Source: Mycobacterium sp. (GTDB lineage Bacteria; Actinomycetota; Actinomycetes; Mycobacteriales; Mycobacteriaceae). Taken from it: a DNA stretch of 64,000 bases. Under the pieces are notes generated by a model. That model was not told the origin of the DNA. It searched no databases and worked only from the letters and a program-made list of their open reading frames with translations. Below are positions 1 through 7,685 of the stretch, in pieces. The first letter of the stretch is position 1. Every line of letters starts with the position of its first letter. A program made the position numbers and the translations under genes. The stretch lies in assembly GCA_032159565.1 (NCBI GenBank), contig JAVHWR010000038.1, one strand, 5' to 3'.

Positions 1-1221
1 AATGGGTACCTCGCGCAGGTCGAGGACGAAGTGCGCCACACGAACCAGCTTGGCTATCTGAAGAAGTACTTCGCTTCCCAGTACTACGATCCGGCCGGAT
101 TCACCGGTGCCCGCGGTCACCGTCATGGCAACCCGCTGTTCGGAAACAACCGCCAACAGGCATGCGAGACCTTCGTTTCCGGCGATCCGGTGCTGATCTC
201 GCTCAACCTCCAGATGGTTGCCGAGGCGTGCTTCACGAACCCGCTCGTGGTCGCAATGACCGAGTGGGCCGCCGCGAACGGTGATGAGGTCACCCCGACC
301 GTGTTTCTCTCGATTCAGTCCGACGAGCTGCGTCACATGGCCAATGGCTACCAGACGATCGTCTCGGTCATCGAGAACGACCACAACATGCAGTACCTGC
401 AGACCGACCTCGAGAACGCCTTCTGGATCCAGCACCGCGGATTCAGTTCGATGGTCGGACGGGCCTTCGAGTATGGCGCGGTCAACCGCGCCGAACCGTG
501 GGCGCAGACCTGGAACGACTGGGTAATCGAGGACTGGGGCGGCATCTGGATGGGCAGGTTCTCGAAGTTCGGTTTGGACTCACCGAGAAACCTGGCCGAT
601 GCGAGCCGCGACGCGTATTGGGCCCACCACGACTCCTTCGGCATCGCCTATGCCCTGTGGCCGTTCCTCGGCTACCGCCTCGAGCTGCCGAACGACACCG
701 ACAAGGAATGGTTCGAGAGGCACTACCCGGGCTGGTACACCTCGATCGGATCCACCTTCGACAGGTGGCGGGAGATCGGTGTCGAGGATCCGGGCAATCG
801 CACGAGCCCGGTTGAGCACCTCATCGAGCTCGGCAAGGTCCTGCATATCTGCCGTGTCTGTCAGTCGCCGCTCTTGAGCCTGCGCAAAACCGAAGAGCAT
901 GACGTGCAGCGGAACTCGTCCATCACCACTCGAATCATCTCCTACGGCGGTCGCAAGCACGCATTGTGCTCGGACTGGTGCGAGCGGATGTATCTGCAGG
1001 AGCCGGAACGCTACACCGGTCAGAACTTCCTGGAGATCTTCGACGGGTGGGAATTGTCCGAAATCGTCCGCGCCACAGGTGGTGTGCGCAGCGACGGGAA
1101 AACCCTGGTATCGCAACCCCATTTGAACAGCGAACGACTCTGGACGCTTGACGATCTCGCCGGCTGCGGCGTGACGGTTCGTGATCCGCATGTCGCAGGC
1201 GTCAGCTTCGAGAAGGTCTGA
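1..1221 (+). CDS. Soluble di-iron monooxygenase hydroxylase alpha subunit, MmoX/BmoX-like (5' end outside window)
   Basis: Frame 1 is open from base 1 (NGYLAQVEDEVRHTNQ). Both DExRH iron-binding motifs are present (DEVRH nt 25-39, DELRH nt 322-336), plus EACFTNPL, WAAANGDE, EDWGGIW, AYWAHHD, YPGWY and RSDGKTL, colinear with MmoX as recalled. Confidence 0.96.
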   Translation, partial: NGYLAQVEDEVRHTNQLGYLKKYFASQYYDPAGFTGARGHRHGNPLFGNNRQQACETFVSGDPVLISLNLQMVAEACFTNPLVVAMTEWAAANGDEVTPTVFLSIQSDELRHMANGYQTIVSVIENDHNMQYLQTDLENAFWIQHRGFSSMVGRAFEYGAVNRAEPWAQTWNDWVIEDWGGIWMGRFSKFGLDSPRNLADASRDAYWAHHDSFGIAYALWPFLGYRLELPNDTDKEWFERHYPGWYTSIGSTFDRWREIGVEDPGNRTSPVEHLIELGKVLHICRVCQSPLLSLRKTEEHDVQRNSSITTRIISYGGRKHALCSDWCERMYLQEPERYTGQNFLEIFDGWELSEIVRATGGVRSDGKTLVSQPHLNSERLWTLDDLAGCGVTVRDPHVAGVSFEKV

Positions 1222-1230
1222 GACACCGAC

Positions 1231-2394
1231 GTGTCCACTTCCTACCGTCGAAGTCTGCTGAACCCGGAGCACGACCAAGAGCGTGAACCGCTCGAAACTC
1301 AGCGCACCGCCGTTCATTTCGCCAACCCGTACCGCAGAAGAATCTCGGAATACGAGCAGGTGCTGCTCTACGCCCAGCCCAACCCCGACTGGATCCGTGG
1401 CGGCATCGGCGTAGGAGGGTGGACCACTCGATTTCCCGGTGGACGGGGCGCGTGGGAGAACTACTTCACCGAAGCCCGATGCACCGACTGGTTCGCCTTC
1501 AGGGATCCTGAGGGTCGCTGGCAGAGGCCGTATGTCGCCGAGAAGGCCGATCAGTGGCGCACCACCGGCCGGCTGTTCTCCACCTTCTCCAGCCACGCCC
1601 TGCACCGGGGCGCCGACTCCACCTGGATAGAAACCGTCATCGGTGAGCAGCTTGGTGCACTCGTGCTGCATGACTACGGACTCTTCATGGCGCTGACCTC
1701 TCCGGTGCGTGACAGCCTCGTCGACACCCTGCGGGTGGCGATCGTCAACTGGGCGTTGGATTACCTTGACAGCGCCCAGCAGATCCAGGCCGAGAAGGTA
1801 TTCCTGGGCCAGGTCGTCTCCGAGTCGCTCGCCCTGCTGGATCCGGCGAAGCAGCGATGGCTCAACGATCCGGCGTTCGCAGGCGCCAGAGGATTCGTCG
1901 AGCATCTCTGGCGCGACGGCTATGACCACATCGAAGTAGTCTTCGCCCTCGCGTTGATCTATGAACCGCTCTTCGGACGCTTTGTTCGCCAGGAGTACTT
2001 CTACCGGCTTGCGCCGCTGCACGGTGACCACCTAACCCAACAGATTCTTTGGCCGTCACTACGCTCCGCCGAAGCCGCCAACACCTGGACGCGTGAACTT
2101 TTCGACCGGATCCTCGGCGCGGATGCCGAATTCGGCACCTACAACCACCAACTGATGGCGTGGTGGTCCCATCGATGGCTGCCTCGCGCAGTCGACGCGA
2201 TCGCAGACATCTCGGCGCTGTTCGCGTCGACAGAGCTGTTGCGAAAGAGCCAGACGGAAACGCCTCGACAGCTCTTCGGAGAACTGGCGAACGACTGGGT
2301 CCGCGACGTCGCTCCCATATGGGGATCGGACTTCACGACGGAAAGCCTTCTCCGTCTCTATGACAACCGCCTATCCCGCGGAGGCTTGGGATGA
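1231..2394 (+). CDS. SDIMO hydroxylase beta subunit (MmoY-like)
   Basis: SEYEQVLLYAQPNPDWIRGG, TDWFAFRDP and PYVAEKADQW match the MmoY N-terminal pattern; 387 aa; GTG start. Confidence 0.93.
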   Translation: MSTSYRRSLLNPEHDQEREPLETQRTAVHFANPYRRRISEYEQVLLYAQPNPDWIRGGIGVGGWTTRFPGGRGAWENYFTEARCTDWFAFRDPEGRWQRPYVAEKADQWRTTGRLFSTFSSHALHRGADSTWIETVIGEQLGALVLHDYGLFMALTSPVRDSLVDTLRVAIVNWALDYLDSAQQIQAEKVFLGQVVSESLALLDPAKQRWLNDPAFAGARGFVEHLWRDGYDHIEVVFALALIYEPLFGRFVRQEYFYRLAPLHGDHLTQQILWPSLRSAEAANTWTRELFDRILGADAEFGTYNHQLMAWWSHRWLPRAVDAIADISALFASTELLRKSQTETPRQLFGELANDWVRDVAPIWGSDFTTESLLRLYDNRLSRGGLG

Positions 2395-2816
2395 CGGAAA
2401 TCCCTGTCACCGCCCAGAACTCACACCAGGCGGACGTGGACCGACGTATCTCGCGGGTGGACGCGCAGCAGTCGCGCGCCAACCTGTTCAGTGAGAACGG
2501 CGTGGTCGAGAGCCGTCGCGTGGTGCTGACCCTCACCAAGGCCGATGAGATCGAGGCGACCGTGGAGTGGCTCGCCGAACGGTACGCCGACGAGCCGAGT
2601 TTCACGATCCAGGACAGCGGAACCTACTACCGGATCGACTGCCTCGAAGGTTTCGAGATCGACGCCGAGGAGATAGCGGAACTCCTTGGCCGGCCCTTCT
2701 CCGTCTACGACCTCTTGGTGAACGTTTCCACCACGATCGGCCGGGCCTATGTGAACGGCGAGATATTCGCCATCACCACCGATCTCATCGGCTGGGAGCG
2801 CGAGGTGCCCCGATGA
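2391..2816 (+). CDS. SDIMO coupling/regulatory protein (MmoB-like) with N-terminal extension
   Basis: VVLTLTKADEI, EIAELLGRPFSVYDLLVNVSTTIGRAY and ITTDLIG match the MmoB/DmpM fold; ATGA overlap with the beta stop. Confidence 0.93.
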   Translation: MTEIPVTAQNSHQADVDRRISRVDAQQSRANLFSENGVVESRRVVLTLTKADEIEATVEWLAERYADEPSFTIQDSGTYYRIDCLEGFEIDAEEIAELLGRPFSVYDLLVNVSTTIGRAYVNGEIFAITTDLIGWEREVPR

Positions 2817-3838
2817 CCGAGTACAAGGTCGCGCTGACATTCGAGGGAGCCGACCGCGTCGACATCGCCTGCCGAGGTGACGAGGACGTCATCACTGCCG
2901 CTCTGAGACAGGGGTACCTACTCCTGAGCGACTGCCGCGAGGGCAGTTGTTCCACGTGCCGCGGGTTCCTGGTGGACGGCGACTATGACCAGTTGCTCAC
3001 CCACAGCCCCCACGCCCTCACCGAAGCCGAGGAGGACGACGGCCTGATCCTCGCCTGCCGCCTTCAGCCGGCGAGCGACCTGGAGATCGACTTCGACTAC
3101 CCAGCCGACCGCGTCGGGCGTTACGAGGAGGGCACGCGAACCGGGCAGATCGTGGAGGCCGAGCGCCTGTCGGAAACCGTCGCCCGGATCGTCGTTCGCA
3201 CCAACGCGGCTCAGGATCCACTCGATTGGGATCCCGGCCAATACGTTCAGGTCACTTTGCCTGCGCTCGGGGTCACCCGCGCCTACTCGATGTCAAAACC
3301 CGCAGACGGAAGCCGTCAACTGGAGTTCTTGATCCGACTACTGGCGGATGGCAAGTTCTCCGGTCATGTCGCCGCCGGGCTGGCGAAGGGTGAGCCGGTC
3401 CGGGTGCGAGGACCTCACGGTCAGTTCATCTTTCGCGGCGATCCGAAACCGGTGTTCATCGCCGGCGGGACGGGCGTCGCGCCGATCCTCGCGATTCTGC
3501 GGTCGTTGGCGCAGACCGCGCCCGACACCGAGGCAGGGGTGGTTTTCGGCGTTGGTACCGAAGCCGAACTGTTCGGCGTAGACGAGCTCTCCGAGCTGAG
3601 GCGTGTCCTGCCGAATCTCGACGTGGTGATCACCGTTGAGCGCCCGACATCGTCCTGGTCGGGTGCCGTCGGGCGAGTGACCGATCACCTCGGCGCCGAC
3701 GACCCCGCTAAGTCTTATTACCTCTGCGGGCCATCGGGGATGGCCAGCGCCGCCGAGGAACTCCTCGCAGCCGACGGAGTGGCCCGTGACCGCATCCATA
3801 TCGAACGGTTTCTCGAGACCGGAGAAGACCAGTCATGA
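2813..3838 (+). CDS. SDIMO reductase (2Fe-2S ferredoxin + FAD/NAD domains, MmoC-like)
   Basis: Start taken at ATG 2813 (ATGA overlap). DCREGSCSTC...LACR cluster ligands, RAYS and GKFS FAD motifs, FIAGGTGVAP and YLCGP NAD motifs, C-terminal ERF. Confidence 0.95.
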   Translation: MTEYKVALTFEGADRVDIACRGDEDVITAALRQGYLLLSDCREGSCSTCRGFLVDGDYDQLLTHSPHALTEAEEDDGLILACRLQPASDLEIDFDYPADRVGRYEEGTRTGQIVEAERLSETVARIVVRTNAAQDPLDWDPGQYVQVTLPALGVTRAYSMSKPADGSRQLEFLIRLLADGKFSGHVAAGLAKGEPVRVRGPHGQFIFRGDPKPVFIAGGTGVAPILAILRSLAQTAPDTEAGVVFGVGTEAELFGVDELSELRRVLPNLDVVITVERPTSSWSGAVGRVTDHLGADDPAKSYYLCGPSGMASAAEELLAADGVARDRIHIERFLETGEDQS

Positions 3839-4389
3839 CGCGAAATAGCAACGCCTCCGCGGGTGCAACGCCGCGGACCGAATACCCGCCGTTCGGAAAC
3901 CAGGCGTTGCGCCACGAGTGGACCGATCGCCTGGCACAGCTCTCGACACTCGATTCGGCACTCGCGCTTCTGCTCGATTGGCGACGCAGCCGTGAAGTCA
4001 ACGTCCTCGAAGAGGCGGACTTCCTGTGGATCGAGGCGCGCATCGAAGACCGGGTCGCAGTCCTCCGATTCGCCGAACTGTCAGGCGAGTACATCGATAC
4101 GACGGCACTCACCGGCGTTCCGATCTCGCAGGTCTGCGACACTGCACTGGCCGACGCGAGGGCGGCCGCCGACGTCCCGACACTCGAGACGGTCGTGAAC
4201 GCCTTCCGTCGCAACTTCAAGCCGCCGGTGATTCCCACTGTGCCGTTCATGCGCACCGAGACCGAGCTTGCCGAACTGCTGATGCTGCGCCGCTCCAAAG
4301 GGTGGTACGACGAGCCGCTTGACGAATTGCGACGCCGCCGCGCGGCCGTCCTGGTCCTCGAAGGAGCAGCAGGCGAACACGACAAGTAG
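3835..4389 (+). CDS. SDIMO hydroxylase gamma subunit (MmoZ-like)
   Basis: RHEWTDRLAQLSTL, DFLWIEARIEDRVAVL, FRRNFKPPVIP and WYDEPLDELRRRR align in order with recalled MmoZ motifs (DYLWIEAKLEEKVAVL, YKPPIMP, YYDTPLEELRKQR); ATGA overlap. Confidence 0.9.
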   Translation: MTRNSNASAGATPRTEYPPFGNQALRHEWTDRLAQLSTLDSALALLLDWRRSREVNVLEEADFLWIEARIEDRVAVLRFAELSGEYIDTTALTGVPISQVCDTALADARAAADVPTLETVVNAFRRNFKPPVIPTVPFMRTETELAELLMLRRSKGWYDEPLDELRRRRAAVLVLEGAAGEHDK

Positions 4390-4434
4390 ACCCGGAACCA
4401 ACCCACTTCCTCACTCGTACCAAGGAGACCGATC

Positions 4435-6003
4435 ATGCCCAACCTCGAATTCATCCAGCAATCAGGCGCATTGGGATATGCGCTTCTCTTCGGCCCGGGA
4501 ATCGTGCTGCTGCTCATCGCCCTTGCCGTCAAGGGAGCCGTCAAGACGACGCACAACTTCGTGATCTCCGGGCGGCTTCTCGGCTTCGGATTCGGTGTCG
4601 CGTCGCTCATCTCGGTGTGGACGTGGTCGATGGCGGTGATGCTGTCGTCCGCGCAGGCCTACACCTGGGGCACTTCAGGACTGGTCTGGTTCATCGTGCC
4701 CAACGGGCTCGCCGTGATCATCATGGTGCCGTTCGCCCTCAAACTTCGCCAGAAGATGCCTTCCGGCTATACCCTCGCGGAGTTCATTCGCGCACGGTTC
4801 CGGAACGGAATCAGCAGTGTGGCGACGCTGATCTTTCTGATCGGTGCTCTGCTCGGCGTCATCATGATCAACCTCGCCGGACTGGTACTGGTCATGAACA
4901 AGATCTTCGGCCTCACCCCGGTCAGCATCGTCATCACCGGCATCATCGTCGTCACCGTGTATTCCTACTTCGGTGGGCTGACCACATCCGCCGTGACCGG
5001 AACCTTGAACACTCTCCTTCTCGGTGTCGGGTCCTCGGTGGTCGTGCTCTACGCCTTGGCCAAGGCGGGCGGCGCAGAACTGGTGTTCAATGAGGTCCAC
5101 GCTCTCGGTGACCAGCACCTGAACCCCTTCAACCCGGTCACCGCCGCGAGCTTCGGCCTCGCGTTGGCTCTCGGACTACTCACGAATGTCATTGCCGACC
5201 AGTCATTCTGGCAGCGCGTATGGGCAATCAGGCCCAAGGATCTCGGCCGCAGCTTCCTGTGGGCAGGCGTGTGGTTCTACCCGATTCCTCTGGCGCTGGG
5301 CCTGCTTGGCTTCATCGGTGTCGCCTACGGCGTGACGCCCGAACAGCTGGGTTCGCTGGGGGCAGGTGCGATCGGCCCACACGTCATCGCCAGCCTCGGC
5401 CTGCCGATATTCATCATCGCCCTTTACACCCTTGTGGTCGTCAACGCGTGCTTCGCGGCCATCGACGGGGCACTGTCCGGCGTGACCTCGCTGGTCGCTG
5501 TCGACATCGTCCATCGCTACTGGCCTCAGGTGTCTGAGCGCAAGCTGCTCACCATCACCAAGACCAGCATGATCGTCGCGGCCGTAGTCGCCGGTGGTGT
5601 GGTGCTGACAGGTATCGACTACGTGAATCTCGTTACGACGGTGTACTTCTACGGCACAAGCCTTCTGATTCCGGTGACGCTCAGCATCTTCTGGTCGCGG
5701 ATGACCGGAACAGGGTACGTCGCGGGTGTGCTCGCGGGCATAGTCGTCGGTGGTCCTCTGCGCGAGACGCTCGGGCCCACGTACGGACCGCTCTTCGGAA
5801 TCATCGGGTTGATCGCTGCGTCGGCAATCGTCTCGGTGGTCGTCAGCCTGCGCGCCGACACCCAGTTCGACTTCGGCAGCTTGGCGGAAGGCAAGGCGGC
5901 GCTTCTGGAACGTGGAAACGGTGCGGCGCCGAAGAAACAAGCCGCGACGCCCGAGGCACTCGATGCCGACGACGCACGCAGCGAGCCCGCCGGACAGCAG
6001 TAA
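4435..6003 (+). CDS. Sodium:solute symporter family transporter, DUR3 (urea/polyamine)-like
   Basis: 522 aa with about 13 hydrophobic segments; ASLISVWTWSMAVMLSSAQAYTWG, GYTLAEFIRARF, YSYFGGL and DQSFWQR; AAGGAG SD upstream. Confidence 0.85.
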   Translation: MPNLEFIQQSGALGYALLFGPGIVLLLIALAVKGAVKTTHNFVISGRLLGFGFGVASLISVWTWSMAVMLSSAQAYTWGTSGLVWFIVPNGLAVIIMVPFALKLRQKMPSGYTLAEFIRARFRNGISSVATLIFLIGALLGVIMINLAGLVLVMNKIFGLTPVSIVITGIIVVTVYSYFGGLTTSAVTGTLNTLLLGVGSSVVVLYALAKAGGAELVFNEVHALGDQHLNPFNPVTAASFGLALALGLLTNVIADQSFWQRVWAIRPKDLGRSFLWAGVWFYPIPLALGLLGFIGVAYGVTPEQLGSLGAGAIGPHVIASLGLPIFIIALYTLVVVNACFAAIDGALSGVTSLVAVDIVHRYWPQVSERKLLTITKTSMIVAAVVAGGVVLTGIDYVNLVTTVYFYGTSLLIPVTLSIFWSRMTGTGYVAGVLAGIVVGGPLRETLGPTYGPLFGIIGLIAASAIVSVVVSLRADTQFDFGSLAEGKAALLERGNGAAPKKQAATPEALDADDARSEPAGQQ

Positions 6004-6030
6004 TACCCAGAACAGTAGAAAGGCACTCTC

Positions 6031-6369
6031 GTGGTCATCTTTTACATCGGCGCAACCATCGGCTTGGTTCTCGCCGTCCTCTATCTGATCGTCGGCGCCC
6101 TCAGCTTTCTCCGGATCCGGCGAGAGTTGGTGGCAGGCAACAGTGTGGTTCTGGGGGAAGAGACAGACTCCTCCGAGATCGCCCTTGTGCCCGGCTTCAC
6201 ATGGAAGGCGACCTTGGCCGTCCTGACGTCGTTCGTCTTACTGGTCATCGCTTCCTACAGCGGCGTGTTCTGGTACGTGCTCGCGTTGAGCGGACTCGGT
6301 ACAGCAGCGGCGGTAATCGTTGCCTTCGTTCTCGAGCTGCGTGGCGACCGCACCGGGACCGCCGCGTGA
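6031..6369 (+). CDS. Small membrane protein (about 3 TM helices), unknown function
   Basis: 112 aa, hydrophobic; GAAAGG SD before the GTG; its stop overlaps the next start (GTGA); fills the gap within the operon. Confidence 0.75.
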   Translation: MVIFYIGATIGLVLAVLYLIVGALSFLRIRRELVAGNSVVLGEETDSSEIALVPGFTWKATLAVLTSFVLLVIASYSGVFWYVLALSGLGTAAAVIVAFVLELRGDRTGTAA

Positions 6370-7685
6370 CCAAGAAAAAGGCGCACCTTCTGGGTTTCGT
6401 TCAGCACGGTGTGATGAACCACGCGTCGACGATGTGGGCGCATCCGCGCGACAAGGTCGGCTATCACTGGTCGCGGCCGGAGTATTGGCGCGATCTCGGC
6501 GGGATCATGGAGCGTGGCCTGTTCGACGCGATGTTCATCGCCGACGAGTTGGCCCCGTACACCACCTATAAGGGCAACTCGGATCCGGTCGTGAAGTATG
6601 CCGGACAGTGTCCGGTGCACGAGCCCGCAACTCTGGTGCCGATCATCGGGGCGTTCACCAAACACCTCGGGATCGGCATCACGCTGTCGACATCGTTTGT
6701 GCCGCCGTACATGATGGCCCGCCACCTGTCCTCGCTCGACCACCTGACCAACGGCCGGGTCGGCTGGAACATTGTGACGTCGTACTCCAAGAGCGAGTTC
6801 CAGGCGATGGGCAAGGACAACCTCACGCCTCGGGACAAGCGTTACGAAGTGGTCGAGGAGTACATGCAACTGCTGTACCAGCTGTGGGACTCCTGGGATG
6901 ACGACGCGATCGTCTACGACCGCGAGAATGGGATCTTCGCCGATCCCTCGAAGGTGCGCGAAGTCGACTTCCAAGGCGAGTTCTTCAAGTCGAAGGGGCG
7001 CCACTTCGTCGCACCGTCACCGCAGAAGCGGCCGGTGCTGTGGCAGGCCGGCTCCTCGGATCAGGGCCGCGATTTCGCCTCCAAACACGCGGAATCCGTG
7101 TTCGGCATCTTCCCTACCCCCAAGAGCATGCGGGCCTATGCCGACGACATCCGCACCCGAGCCGACGACCACGGACGCGATCCCGATTCGGTGAAGCTGA
7201 TCTACGGTCTGCAGACCATCATCGATCGGGACAAATCCCGCGCGAACGACAAGTACGCCGAGTTCGTCGAGAAGGTGCAGATCGAGAGCGCACTGGGAAT
7301 CCTTTCTGGCCATACGGGATTCGACTTCTCCACACTCGGCCTAGACGACAACGTCGTCGATGCGGACGTGCAGGGTATCCGCGGTCTGTTCGACGCCATC
7401 CTGGAGGCCAAGGACGGCGCACCGGTGACCGTCCGTGAGGCCGCGCAGATCTATGGAGTCTCGATGGGCGCGCCGGTCGCGGTTGGCACACCCTTGGACG
7501 TCGCCGACCAGATGGAGCAGTACCTCGACGACGGCGGCTGCAACGGCTTCATGTTGCTTGCCACCGATACGCCCGGCTGCTTCAACGACGTGACCGAGCT
7601 GCTGGTGCCCGAACTTCAGCGGCGCGGACGGTACCGGACGCGCTATCCCGGAACGACTTTGCGGGAAAGCCTGCAGGAGTATTAG
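6366..7685 (+). CDS. NtaA/SnaA/DszA/DmoA-family FMN-dependent (LLM class) monooxygenase
   Basis: Start GTG 6366. FDAMFIAD, HEPATLV, TKHLGIGITLSTS, SSLDHLTNGRVGWNIVTS, QAGSSDQGRDFASKHAE and LVPELQRRG. Confidence 0.92.
   Translation: MTKKKAHLLGFVQHGVMNHASTMWAHPRDKVGYHWSRPEYWRDLGGIMERGLFDAMFIADELAPYTTYKGNSDPVVKYAGQCPVHEPATLVPIIGAFTKHLGIGITLSTSFVPPYMMARHLSSLDHLTNGRVGWNIVTSYSKSEFQAMGKDNLTPRDKRYEVVEEYMQLLYQLWDSWDDDAIVYDRENGIFADPSKVREVDFQGEFFKSKGRHFVAPSPQKRPVLWQAGSSDQGRDFASKHAESVFGIFPTPKSMRAYADDIRTRADDHGRDPDSVKLIYGLQTIIDRDKSRANDKYAEFVEKVQIESALGILSGHTGFDFSTLGLDDNVVDADVQGIRGLFDAILEAKDGAPVTVREAAQIYGVSMGAPVAVGTPLDVADQMEQYLDDGGCNGFMLLATDTPGCFNDVTELLVPELQRRGRYRTRYPGTTLRESLQEY

Noticed and set aside
1-30. 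Alpha subunit as a truncated pseudogene starting at 31
   Set aside because: The frame is open from base 1 and continues the conserved sequence; the window simply cuts the gene.
1-1221. Calling the cluster methane monooxygenase (mmoX etc.)
   Set aside because: Gene order differs from mmoXYBZDC and key pocket residues (C151, M184, F188, G208, E240) are changed; methane activity is not supported.
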